From Paramoeba atlantica (taxonomy: Eukaryota; Protista; Discosea): a stretch of DNA of 64,000 bases. Positions within the stretch are counted from its first letter, which is position 1, and each line of letters starts with the position of its first letter. The position numbers and the translations under genes are program-made. The DNA lies in the NCBI GenBank assembly GCA_977017575.1, contig CDRNVI010000044.1:926759-990758 (forward strand), in the 5' to 3' direction. The notes beneath the pieces are model-generated. The model was not told the origin of the DNA, did not search any database, and saw only the letters and a program-made list of their open reading frames with translations. Shown here piece by piece: positions 40,807 to 52,000 of the stretch.

Positions 40807-42216
40807 TCAGTCTGAAGACCAGTAGGGATGCATATCGTCATCAGGAACGAACATGTCCCAGTCATCGTCGTCGGTGTCATAGTAGTCATCTCCCGAGGCA
40901 TCAAAGTCATCCTCGGTATCTCCCTCCGGGGAGGCACACTCCGAGCCATCGTCGCCAGCCTCAGTGAGGGAGGAGTCCTCGAGGAGCTTCCTCACGTAGG
41001 ATGCAGAGTGTGTTTGCTGCAGAAAACGTATCACTTCACTATGTAAATTAGCCATGTGTATGCGATCCATGGGACTTTCATCCATCCAGTGAAGGCGCGC
41101 CATGGCGTCCATCATACGACCATCCGCGGCACGAGAGAGCGCCCGAAGAATAAGTTGTCGATGACGCTGATACTGAGATTCCGCATCGATCAGTCCAGGC
41201 AGCTTCTGGTGAGCATTCCTCCATCCACTTGTCGATACAGAACGTAGCACGAGGGAAGTTAAAATGACACCAAAGAATTGGTCAGAGGATTCGGACTCGT
41301 TTTCAGGTGTCTCGCCTTGAAAGTACCACCCGAGGTGTTGACTACAGATGGCACAGCACGCCGTCTTCCATGAATAGGGCGGAAACCACGAGTGCTCAGT
41401 GCTTGGTTCCGAGTTGTCAAGTATGTGCGATCGTATTGTGTTTATTTTACCCGATACGCGAATGATGTCAAACCGTTGTTGAGAGGGATTCGTAGCGCTG
41501 TAGCACCAGTAGGTGGATTGGCTTTCTGGGTTTACATTTCTCTGCGCCGGTTCTTGTGCTTTACGCGACGGTTCCCCATCATTTTGTGACTGTTTTGATT
41601 GGATTTTTCCGGCTTCTGCGACTTCATCGGCTAGCCAGTCTAGTTCGTAGCAAAAAACGCTGGAGTTTAACGTGGAGGTAAACTTTTTTTGAAGCAGATC
41701 AGAAGCTTTTAGTAAAGGAAAGCCGCATTTATTGCAGTGGAAGCAATAAAAGTGCGTGTCCATCTCCGGAGTTTCTTTTTCGACAATTGTGGCTTCTTCA
41801 GATTCTGCGTTTGGATTTACCTCGCTAGGGTCAGCAGGTGGGGATGGACGGGTGTGTAGAGCAATCGCACGCTCCAATCTTTCTGAGGGATCCATGTAGC
41901 GTATCACTTCCTCTTGGTTTGAGTCTTCGTTCTCATCATTTTCCTCATCCGTGACGGTTTCATACGTACCACTTGTGGAACCACTTTCACTTGCAGGTAA
42001 ATTTTGACTATTATCCACGTTAGCGATTGGGGTATCGCGAGAATCATGAGAGCGTAAATCGGCAGTAGCGGAATCGGGCTGCGTATTCTGAGCTGCGGAC
42101 CTCTCAGAAATGTTTTCTACATTGACTACAGTATTTTCAGAGGGCTCATTACACGGACGCCGCATACTACGGTTTCCTGAATTCACAGCCTCCGCAGGGT
42201 CCTCTGAAGGCGTCAT
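40807..42216 (-). CDS. Cereblon-like CULT (thalidomide-binding, Yippee-fold) domain protein
   Basis: FYCFHCNKCG (first CxxC) and TEHSWFPPYSWKTACCAICSQHLGWYF (tri-Trp cage plus second CxxC); acidic, low-complexity termini. Confidence 0.85.
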   Translation of the reverse strand: MTPSEDPAEAVNSGNRSMRRPCNEPSENTVVNVENISERSAAQNTQPDSATADLRSHDSRDTPIANVDNSQNLPASESGSTSGTYETVTDEENDENEDSNQEEVIRYMDPSERLERAIALHTRPSPPADPSEVNPNAESEEATIVEKETPEMDTHFYCFHCNKCGFPLLKASDLLQKKFTSTLNSSVFCYELDWLADEVAEAGKIQSKQSQNDGEPSRKAQEPAQRNVNPESQSTYWCYSATNPSQQRFDIIRVSGKINTIRSHILDNSEPSTEHSWFPPYSWKTACCAICSQHLGWYFQGETPENESESSDQFFGVILTSLVLRSVSTSGWRNAHQKLPGLIDAESQYQRHRQLILRALSRAADGRMMDAMARLHWMDESPMDRIHMANLHSEVIRFLQQTHSASYVRKLLEDSSLTEAGDDGSECASPEGDTEDDFDASGDDYYDTDDDDWDMFVPDDDMHPYWSSD

Positions 42217-42452
42217 TATATTCAGCGGGTATTCTAGTTTTGAATACTATAACTACAGGGCTGTATCTATCGCGTCATATTGATGTTAAAAATTACGTAC
42301 AACAAGAACGTACAACAAATGAACTCTTGAAACCTACGAAGTAACTATCACAAGAATGCTTTACATAATGTAGCAAGCACATTCAATTAATCTCTTCCCT
42401 TGAATATTCCCCATGGCCTCATTAAAAAGGAATAGGTCATTCACTAAAAAGT

Positions 42453-43562
42453 TTATCCTTTTCTCAACAAACTTGTGGATTGCGCCCACTTGACCACCGC
42501 ACCTTTCACCCGCGCTACCCCTTCCATCCGTGACACGATCTCTGGTCCGTACCCCTCCCACTCCATCACACTCTCCTCGCACGTCCCCACATGGTGCTGA
42601 GGGACATGCAGGGAACGGGAACACACCCGAGGGTAGGCCGACCCGTCCCAGGGACCATACACCGCCACGTCCTCGGCAACGACCAGAACCGGCCACGTAA
42701 TCTCCGGTGCCGGAGATGGCCCACTCTTGTTCTCTTTTATGTCTTCCTTGATTTCCTCCCCTCCTTTCCTCCTCCCCGTTTCCCTCTCACAATGCTCCCG
42801 GTGGGATTGTAGAATTAACGCCACATCCCTTTCATCCCCCCAACGTGTGTCACCGTACTGCCGTGCGAGTGTCGTGAACAACTCGTAGGGGGCAATGGGA
42901 TATTCACAACCGTTCAAACCCTTCGAAGGTGGTTCCTTCGAACTTAACGTTTTAGGGTTTAACGTTCGATCGTTTAACCCTTTTACGGCGTTACGCGTTT
43001 CCCCTCCCCCGGGGGGGAGCGCTCGACCGGTGGTCACGCGCTCCAGCCGGGCACGAAGCTGGTCGTAGTCCGGGGAGGGGAGCGGCTGCTCCGCGCTGGC
43101 GCAGAAGTACCGCTGTCGCACCACCGCGTGGGCGGTGTTGGTGGATTTCTCCTCGACGCGGATCTCACGCACCGCGGCGGCGTGGAACACTGTCGTGGTG
43201 CCGTCGGAGGGCTGGATGACCACCGCGAGCTGGGCGTCGTGGTCCACGGCGAAGAGCAGCCCCTGGAGGGTGTCGTGCGGGCCAGGGGCGGGGGACTCGG
43301 GGGTGGGGGGTCGATGGAGGTGAACGGTAACGAAGCGACCGATGTGGGTGTTTTGGAGTTGTTGCATTGGGTTTGGGGGGTGGGAAAATAGGGGGAGAAG
43401 AGGAAAAAGAGATGTGGTGGAGGAAAGTGGTAACGTAGGGTGGATGAAGGGGGATAGAGGAGGTGAAATACAGGGTGAGGATGGAGTCATTGGGGTGGAA
43501 TAGGGAAGGCTAACCAGTATTTTTAAAGGGATGCTACAACCATTTACAACTTGTAAAAGCAA
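42453..43562 (-). CDS. LSM12-like protein (Lsm N-terminal plus anticodon-binding-like domain); true start probably ATG 43367
   Basis: IGRFVTVHL...LQGLLFAVD; YELFTTLARQYGDTRW...LVVAEDVAVYGPW...VARVKGAV follows the LSM12/AD-domain layout. The upstream in-frame part is a pyrimidine tract. Confidence 0.62.
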   Translation of the reverse strand: MLLQVVNGCSIPLKILVSLPYSTPMTPSSPCISPPLSPFIHPTLPLSSTTSLFPLLPLFSHPPNPMQQLQNTHIGRFVTVHLHRPPTPESPAPGPHDTLQGLLFAVDHDAQLAVVIQPSDGTTTVFHAAAVREIRVEEKSTNTAHAVVRQRYFCASAEQPLPSPDYDQLRARLERVTTGRALPPGGGETRNAVKGLNDRTLNPKTLSSKEPPSKGLNGCEYPIAPYELFTTLARQYGDTRWGDERDVALILQSHREHCERETGRRKGGEEIKEDIKENKSGPSPAPEITWPVLVVAEDVAVYGPWDGSAYPRVCSRSLHVPQHHVGTCEESVMEWEGYGPEIVSRMEGVARVKGAVVKWAQSTSLLRKG

Positions 43563-44089
43563 CTTATGACAAAGGTTTCAAAAACATCCTGTGGGAAATT
43601 CAAATTATTTCTTCAGTTTTTGCTCATTTTGCGGACTACTTTCCGCATCAGCAGCTTCTACTTCCTTGCAAACAGGTTTGAAAGATGGTCTTCTCTGGAA
43701 TATGCAACAGAGACATGACGCAGTTTCGATAGTACAGGAACTATTGGGTGACGGCCCCTCGCAAACCTCACTAGACGCTTCCGCTCCGGTAAATCGTAAA
43801 CGGTCAACATCTAAGTGTTCATGCGTAGGGCACGTCCATACCTAGTGCACGAATTTATTATCGCGGAAAATGAGCAGGCCGGTGAGGAATCTTCACAGAA
43901 CGAAGGAGCCGTCCAAAGTGGTGACTTGAGGACGTGTAGGAGGCGCAGAGAAGCTTACAAGGAGCTCGAAGAAAGACTTAGAGAAGCACCAGCACAAGCT
44001 GATGTACCTGTCTCAGAAAGAGTCGTCATAGGGAACTCTTCATATCGAAAATAAAGTCAAAAATAATTCCTTCTAAATCGCTACGTACT

Positions 44090-44460
44090 AATATTTAAAT
44101 GCGGATGAATATTTAAATTTGCTTTAATATTTAAATTGCAAGTTAATATTTAAATATTATTCCGCACCCCGGGTTACATGGAACAAAACTCGTCTTCCCA
44201 ATAACCCTTTTAGCTAATTACACTGTAATAATAATCAGCCCCCCGGTTTATACTTCTAAACTCGAGCGTCTGCGGGTGAGGCCCAAAACGATATCACTAG
44301 AGATCATGTGAGATCATACTCGCATCCCTTCATTCGTAAAAAAAGATCATACCTTGAAAAACATTCTGGAAATTAAATATTAACCTGCTTGCACATTAAT
44401 ATTTAAATCGGAATTTAAATATTAACCCCGGGTTACAATTTCAGTATACAGTTCCATGTA
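44090..44460. repeat. Iteron-like array of AATATTTAAAT with duplicated CCCCGGGTTAC
   Basis: AATATTTAAAT at 44090, 44108, 44126, 44145, 44398 and reversed at 44413; CCCCGGGTTAC at 44167 and 44426; 10-bp IR TACATGGAAC (44175) / GTTCCATGTA (44451). Confidence 0.88.
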
Positions 44461-45390
44461 TATTTCAGTATACGCACCTTGGATGCGCAAGCACGAGGGG
44501 TCCGATTTGTGCATGAAGAACAGTATGGGACACCATGTGCACCTGATGTGTCATCGGTGCCGCCACATTACTCATTCCTCGTCAATCAGCTCTCTACGTC
44601 CACGCGCGCATACATGTATTCAGCACACAGCTCCTTTAAAAGGCAGTCTTTACTTCAACACCACTCACGTCAGATCGCTTAGGCCAAGAAATTATGCCCC
44701 CGTACTGTGCAATACGTCAGGATCACTAGAAACATCGTTGAGTCTCTTGAAAAAGAATGAGACTAGTAGTGTGGGATAGGGGCAGTAATTATATATAGTA
44801 TTGCGGGGGTTGTTTACAACCTCTGCCTCTTGCACGAACTACATGCAGCACAAATGTCGTTAGATGTAGTGGGAAGTAATTTGCGAAGTCGGAGGGGGTG
44901 GTATGGTGAGGGCCCGCGTGAGCGGGAACGGGTGCGCCGAGTTCGGATTTTTTTGGAAAAAAGAATTGAAAAAAAAAACATCTTGGCGAAACAAATCGTA
45001 AACAAAATATTTTTCCAAAATCGTTTCACCTACTGTATTTTGAGAATTTTGCACCTATACTAGCTTTCTACGCTGTTGTTTTCGCAAGCTAACCCTTCTT
45101 CGAGCTGTGGTATGCCTGCGAAAATGACCTATTTTTGACTAAAAAATGCGAAAAAGTAATTTTCGGATCGAAGGGGGTCTTTTTGTGTCGGAAGAATGGT
45201 GTGGTTGGAGGCGCATTCTCTACCCATTGCGTTCGGTAGGCTTAATTCGTGCCTACGAGTGATTTCTCACGCGCAAATATCGGTTTTGGTGCTCTGAGAG
45301 CAAAAATACGTAAAAATACCCCTATTTTTACCTAAAAATCGGCTAATTTTGGCTCAAATCCTTCCGTTTTCTTCAGCTTTCCTATTCAAT

Positions 45391-45509
45391 TTTTCTTTTT
45401 TAGTCTCTTCGTTAAACGCGATGGTAGTTACCAACGCGAAGCGCACAGCATGAGTGACTTCTAAGTTGAAAACAACCACCGCTTTCAACGAAGAGACTAA
45501 AAATGAAAA
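45391..45509. repeat. 119-bp fold-back element
   Basis: 23-bp arms with 1 mismatch (45391-413 / 45487-509), extended inward 16 bp with 12 matches, about 40-nt loop. Confidence 0.88.
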
Positions 45510-45561
45510 TCTTATAAGTCTATGCATAAGCCATTTAATGGCCTCTCGGCAAATATATATC

Positions 45562-46368
45562 TTACAAATGTTTTGAAGGCTTTATTACGTATTCTTTAAA
45601 TACCTTGCAGAAGCGCTCAGGGCACTCCACAATATTGAGCTCGTTAGGTAGCACTTGAATAACCCGTACAGAGGTGGGGAGTGATTTCATTTCAATGCTG
45701 CCATGAAAATTGTTTTTATGCAGCCACAAACGTGTCATGGATTTGGGAAGCTCTGAGAGATCCAAAGTACCCTCCAATTTGTTATCAAAAAGCTTAAGGG
45801 TATGCAAATGAGTGGGTAAAGTGCAAAAATCAATTGTTCCGTAAAACATATTCTGCGAGAGATTTAAGAAACGTAGGTCGGCAGGTAACGCTGTCGTGTC
45901 AATTTTTCCGGTAAACTCATTGGCGGGCAGCTCTAGAGTTTGCAAATTCAAAGATAAATTTTCGAAGTTTATCATTCCTTCGCACAAATTGTCGCCTAGA
46001 TTGAAGATTAGCAAATCTTTTGGCAGCTCCTCGGCTGGAAGACTCCCGCGCACCTCATTTAGGTTCAGGAATAGAAGTTTTACTGTAGAGGGCAATGCGT
46101 GCCACGCTGGGGCACAGGAAAGTCCCATATGTCGCCACCGCATCTCCATAAGAGCTCCGTGTGAATCACAAATGACGTTCGACCAGGTACACCCCGGCTG
46201 ATCACGACTCCAGGACGACGATAGTGTGGTGCTCCAAGCCTGATCCCCTAAAAATCGCATGAGCTGCATTTCCAAAGGAAGCAGAGAAATGTTTAGTTTC
46301 GCTGCCCGTGTTCGGGATTCGAGTGGGCTATCGCTAGTGCGGGTAAATGAAATGATGGGAGCCGACAT
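45562..46368 (-). CDS. Leucine-rich repeat protein with plant-like LRRNT cap
   Basis: SWSRDQPGCTWSNVICD cap; about 7 repeats of LP..L..L.L..N.F.G.ID; no obvious signal peptide or TM. Confidence 0.9.
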   Translation of the reverse strand: MSAPIISFTRTSDSPLESRTRAAKLNISLLPLEMQLMRFLGDQAWSTTLSSSWSRDQPGCTWSNVICDSHGALMEMRWRHMGLSCAPAWHALPSTVKLLFLNLNEVRGSLPAEELPKDLLIFNLGDNLCEGMINFENLSLNLQTLELPANEFTGKIDTTALPADLRFLNLSQNMFYGTIDFCTLPTHLHTLKLFDNKLEGTLDLSELPKSMTRLWLHKNNFHGSIEMKSLPTSVRVIQVLPNELNIVECPERFCKVFKEYVIKPSKHL

Positions 46369-46810
46369 GGGCGCACAAAAGGCTTAGTTTAAAATTCAAA
46401 GAGTATGTAGTACTGCACTACAATATAATACTGCACCACAGTATTCCGAAAAATAATGTATTGACGTTTTCTGTATTTGCAGTATTCCACGCAATGGAAC
46501 GACGCAGTAATACTGTCCGCATAAGGGATGTAACTATCATAATCAACAGCATAAGGGATGTAACTGTCAGCGTCATATGCGCAAGCTAGTTAAATCTTAA
46601 AATACTCTATCTTTAAAAGTATGATACTATCATACGTATACAAACCACGATTCATACAACCGCAATCTCTCCTGTGTTGCATGCCCAAAATAAGGGGAAC
46701 CGTATGGGAACATGGGATCAGCATGCTACGCAGAATACAATACGAATCAATGGCTCAATGTCTTCATGGTAGAGGTATTGAAGGACAATTTAACAATTCG
46801 ACAATACTAT

Positions 46811-48847
46811 TTATTGTCTCGTAAGTTCATTTTTGTCCGTGAAACGGGCAGTTTCGACTAGTTGATCAAGAAATTGACATCCTGCAATGAACTCGGTGCC
46901 GCCTACAATTACATTCTTGTCCCGGTTTTTTGGTCGAATTTTCCATTGCCCAAGGTCATAGTATTCAGTATAGGTTAAACCACCAACTACTACGACCACA
47001 CAGGAGGAAAATGTATGCTCCGCGATATCGATTGCATTATGCGTAAAAGGGTCAATACACCACAATGCTCGTAGAAGGTTTTGACGCACATCCTCGCCTG
47101 AGGAAAGAAAGTTGGGAAGCAGGGAGGAATCCTCTTGGGTGGTTCTCGACTCCGACATTACGACCTCTATCAATTCGACAAGAGGGGAAAGCAAATTTGA
47201 ATCCTCTGTGAGAGACGTCGCAAGCTTGCGAGCCACGTCCGATATCTTCTGTTCCCATCTACCAGCCTCTATTGCAGTGTCATTTTGCTTGTCTGGACCG
47301 CAGCCTTCAAGGTACACAGTGCACATGGTACGCACAAGACTCAAGACTTGTTTCGGCTCGGTGGTATGCTCTGGAAACCGCTTCATGAGTTCGTTGCAAA
47401 ACTGCTCAAGATGGTCCCCCTCTACGCAATTCGTCTCTTCAATGCCGTCCAACCTATGATACATCTGATACTGTTCTAAACACAGGGCATACACCAGTAA
47501 AGTGCGCATACGATCCTTCCATGTCCTTTTTGAGGTATTCGACAGGATAAGGTCTTTTAGTAGCGTAAAATCAATATTTTCCAACCCACCCCCACGGCTC
47601 CAGGCTACCCGCATCAGTTGTCTATCCATAGCATGGGCTCGGTCAAGGTCTCGGTCCTGTACATGCCTTACGATGGCGTGACACAGCGTGGTGTGGGAAT
47701 CCAGATGCCGCTTTTGTTCCGCAAGTTTCGGCACGTGGCTCATTAATCCGGGAAGCTCCTCGGCTCCCTCCTGGGTGAGTTTTTGTCGCTGAGCTGAAAA
47801 CTGTGAAAATGAACTCTCCACACGCTCGCAAACTTGGCTAAAGTCTTTGGCAAAGTTTTCTCTCCAAAACTCGTCCGTGTCATCGAGAAAAATGGTCTTT
47901 TTCTTCTTTTGGGTGTCGGAAACATTTGGCGTAGTTTTAAGATCCGAAGACGCAGGATTCGATTCTTCTACTCCAACTTTATTTAGTTGCATCTCCATTG
48001 TATCCGCTAGCAATGCTCCATAGCTAAACGGAGTGTGTAGTGGAGTGATTAAGTCCATGTTACGGTCGACCAGCAGCAGCAGTGGGCGTTGCTGCCCCAT
48101 GAAAGAGCTTACACGGGGAAACCCCTTGCTATTTTCAGAATCTTCCTTTAATTTGTTGCTAACGGCCTCAACGAGTCGTAGACACGAGGGCGTTCGAGAC
48201 CCCGCGATATAAGGAGCCAGACGAAGCGCACGAGATACGGCGGCAATACTGTCCACGATGTCGTCGATCGGGTGATCATTTTTTGGGGTATTTGTCGTAA
48301 ATTTGGGCACATGTGATTGCATGTAAAATCCTTTGTGCTCAAGAGAGAAGAAATCATTCTCCAAAGCAGCGAAACATAACGGCCAGTCTCGGATACGTAT
48401 GGGAGGGAGAACATCAACCCCTTCCGCAAGTTCTTGCGCCAACAGCTGTAACAGCTCCGTCGTGCACGACCCACTAAAATTTACATCAAAGGAGGCGTAA
48501 AGCGAAGTTTTGATATCACACGCAATGCGCCGGACATTGTCTGCGGTTGGTAAAATAAAATAGACACCAGGGGAGCAAACCACAGGCTCACGATTCGCTA
48601 GCACCCCTAAATGCAGCGTAACCCCTAACTCTTGAAGTTCATGGAATTTAAGCAGCGTGGCTAAAATGTTACGCGCGAAAGGGTCATGGATTAAAATCTT
48701 CCAGTGAGGAATGGTGTCCGAGGGGATAAAGGAAGAATCAGAATTCGTTTCGGGAGATTTGGGATCCATGGGAATGATATCCTCCGAAAGCATTTGCACC
48801 AGTGACTGGCGAGCAATATCACGTAACGCAAAAGGCTTATACGTCAT
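46811..48847 (-). CDS. SLY1: Sec1/Munc18 family protein Sly1 (SCFD1)
   Basis: WKILIHD, LQELGVTLHL, PGVYFILPTADN, LYASFDVNF, RPLLLLVDRNMDLITPLHTPFSYGALLAD, DEFW, VVVVVGGLTYTEY. Confidence 0.9.
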   Translation of the reverse strand: MTYKPFALRDIARQSLVQMLSEDIIPMDPKSPETNSDSSFIPSDTIPHWKILIHDPFARNILATLLKFHELQELGVTLHLGVLANREPVVCSPGVYFILPTADNVRRIACDIKTSLYASFDVNFSGSCTTELLQLLAQELAEGVDVLPPIRIRDWPLCFAALENDFFSLEHKGFYMQSHVPKFTTNTPKNDHPIDDIVDSIAAVSRALRLAPYIAGSRTPSCLRLVEAVSNKLKEDSENSKGFPRVSSFMGQQRPLLLLVDRNMDLITPLHTPFSYGALLADTMEMQLNKVGVEESNPASSDLKTTPNVSDTQKKKKTIFLDDTDEFWRENFAKDFSQVCERVESSFSQFSAQRQKLTQEGAEELPGLMSHVPKLAEQKRHLDSHTTLCHAIVRHVQDRDLDRAHAMDRQLMRVAWSRGGGLENIDFTLLKDLILSNTSKRTWKDRMRTLLVYALCLEQYQMYHRLDGIEETNCVEGDHLEQFCNELMKRFPEHTTEPKQVLSLVRTMCTVYLEGCGPDKQNDTAIEAGRWEQKISDVARKLATSLTEDSNLLSPLVELIEVVMSESRTTQEDSSLLPNFLSSGEDVRQNLLRALWCIDPFTHNAIDIAEHTFSSCVVVVVGGLTYTEYYDLGQWKIRPKNRDKNVIVGGTEFIAGCQFLDQLVETARFTDKNELTRQ

Positions 48848-49042
48848 TTTGCAGTGGTGGAGAGCGTGGCATGTGTTCCAAAGATAAATTTCTACAATTG
48901 AGAATGTATGTATCTAAAGCAATATTACTGGGAAGGTGAGTGGGTAAGAACCCGATTATTAAAAAAAATAACCGAAGAAATGAATCTGTGTGCTCAATAC
49001 ATTTATGGAATGTACATTTATGGAAGTTGATATTCTCAACGT

Positions 49043-52000
49043 CTAATCCTTCCCTTTTTTAGTTCTGTGTTGGCAAGTTAATGGCTTTTCTTTTCGTTCT
49101 GTGGGATCATTGTCTGTCGTTCGCCTGTCATTCTTTTCGTCTGATATTGGTCGAGTATTTCCTACATCCTTCTCCGACGGACTCTGATCAAGTGCCTTTT
49201 TAGTGTTCCCGATCTTCAGAGTTCCTTCAGGTACAGATGCTTTCTCCTTTTCTGATACTTCATTATTCTCAAGCTTTGCATCAGAAGGACAATGAGTTTT
49301 TGCAGGCACATCTTCCTTCATAGTTTCTGCGCTCGAGATATTACTTGGGGTTGGATGACTCGGTTTGATTGGCTCGGCTTGATCCGTAGGTGTATCATCA
49401 TCGTTCTTTTTTGCATCAGAGCCTTGTACCGGAGATTCGCTCTGGCCTAGATGTTGTTGTTCTAGCGTAGAATCTGAAGAAAATAATTTTGCTGAAGAGG
49501 TACCTGTGGTTAGTGATTGTTGTTGCGCCCGAATAATATCGTGGACGTAAGCCAGGACCTTTTCAGCACCACTCGAGTCGTGTTTTACTAAATTCAAGTA
49601 GTTCGCGTAAAGTAGCAAGCAATCTACGTTAGAAGCGTCTAATTGAAAGATTTCCTTGAAAAGAGCCTCAGCGTAAAACAGGAAAAGCTGATTTTGATGA
49701 TTGTAGCCGTATTGAAAGAGGAATGCAACTACCAGTCGAAGCAAGTTTAAGTTTTTTGGATCTTGACGAAGTGAACGAAAAAATACTTCTGCCGCGCCGA
49801 GAAAATTTAGTCGCCATGTTGCCAGAAAACAGGCATAATGCTGAAGATGATTGGTGTTGGAGGGTTCTTGTTCCAGCGCATTGCGATAAAGCGTATCAAT
49901 TAAGTTAAGCCGGTCCCTGTGGAACATTTCCTGCTCCGTATATGTCACAGAGACCCGAGGCAATGTCTCCGAGAGGCGAGGCGATGTGTCAGCACATCGC
50001 TCGCTCTCTGATTTTTGTATCGCTTCAATGGTTTGCTTCGTGAGTTTCTTAATTTTAGCCGCTGTCCATGTTGAGGTCTCCGTACTGCCGCTGGGTGACG
50101 TCTTCCTCTTAACCGAGCGGTTTTTTCGCATCGCCTTTTTGACTGCTGCAATAATTTTGGTCACTCGATCGCGTAGTTCCTTTTCGCTCGGCATTTTCGG
50201 CTCCGCCTCCTTGGATTCCGCCTCGTCCTCCTCTTCCTCCTCTTCTACTTTTTCCTGTATATTCATTAACTTGGCGACGCGGAGATCATCGGGTCCTAAT
50301 TTTAGATGCATGTAAATCGCATACGCACCCATGGCTGAGGCATCTTGGGGATACGACTGGTAAAGGCTTTCGTAGTAGGGTCCACGCAAGCTTGTGTGCT
50401 CAGCATTTTGCATGGCAAAGCACGCATATTGGTGCGCTGCCCGTGGTGGATCTCGTCTCCCTAACCGCAGCGCTTGTAGGTGGCAATCCTCTGCAGCGTC
50501 CAGATCCCCTTTTTGGGATTGATAGTAATCCGAGAGAAAGTCCAACGCGAAAAGGTTCCCCGGGTCTGCAGCGAGTACGGTGTTGAATTGCTCTCTCGCT
50601 CCTTCGAAATCAATCCCGTGGTCATAGAGCATTCGCCCGTAGTGTAGCGCAATGTTCGAGTCCGTGGGCATACGACGACGTAGAATACTGTAACACATTG
50701 CAGCGTCCTGGTGACGATGCATGCGGTAGTTTAACACAGCAGCGTACTCCGCAGCTGCGTGGATGTTACTCGTTTTGGTGCAAATTTCCTCGAGAGTCAC
50801 TTTTTCCTTCTCCGCACACCCAAGTAACATACTTTGATAGTAGGAGGAAAGAACATCCTCCACACTGGATGGAGACTTCAGCTCGTGCAGTTTAGCAATC
50901 CGTAAATACGTCCCACTGGCCTCAGAGGGAAACAGTTCAAGCATACGTTGCGCTGTGGCAAATCCTTTCTCAATCGCACGTGACTGAATCAGCGTGTCGA
51001 GGAAAAGTTGCCAGGCCCCATGCTGGGGGACGGTCGTGGAAATGGAGGCCGTGAACCAGTGGCTCGATTCCACAGCCTTTCCATTGGTGTGATAGAGAAT
51101 GGCTAAATTCGCGCAGACTTGTGCGTAGTTGTCGGATTCGGAGGCTCCAACGCTACTCACGGCTTTGTTGTACATTTCCTCCGCACGCACGAGATCTTTC
51201 TCCGTATCATGTAAATAGACAGCGTACTCGCCATAGGTGAAACACCCGTCCCAACGACTCGCATCGGGGTGAGATTCATAAATGCGAATCGCTTCCTCGA
51301 AGGCTGTGCGGATGAGAGTGTTGGGTTGATGCACGCGTGACATGCACCACGCGTATTGCACTAGCATGTGTACATTTAAAGGATTACGCTCGAGACACAT
51401 TTTGTACCGTGTGGCGGCCTCCTCAAACCTACCTTTCAGCTGGAGGTGCTCGGCGTAACGTCGCAGTATCTCATTGTTGTCTTGCGCGCCTAGCGAATGG
51501 GTCGAGTCCATGAGAAAGGAGTAGATCTCCTCTGCCTCGTTGGGTCGATTCGAGGCCTCGAGAAAGTCCAGACGACGTACCCAGGAGCGTAGTGGAAGAC
51601 GAACACCTTGTTGGTTGTGGTGACGTACGAGAGCAAATAATTCGTCCTCAGCCTCAGCCGCTCGCGCGTCCTCTCCCATATCTCGCAAAAGCTGAATGAA
51701 AGCATCCAAGGATTCCATTTTTGTCGGAAGATCAATCGACGGGGACGACAATGCTTTGGTAAAATAAGTCTCCGCCAATTCATGATCACCTTGGGTGGAC
51801 AGAAACGCAGCGTATCGACCATAAATTTCCGCCGCATTCAAATCCTTTCTTCGCCCCATGGCATCAATTTGCAGTGGTAAAATGCCTCCGACGGCCTTGT
51901 CGGCTTGTTCCACCAAAAGTTGATACGTCCCAGCCGCCCCTTTGGAGTCTCTACACTCCTCGAGTGCTCGTGCGAGTGTGAGCTGAATTCGACCGACACA

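Noticed and set aside
43591-44682. Plus-strand ORF fragments (43591-43845, 43815-44054, 44479-44682) as zinc-finger or transposase relics
   Set aside because: Only vague resemblance (KCSCVGHVH; SFKRQSLLQHH); insufficient to call.
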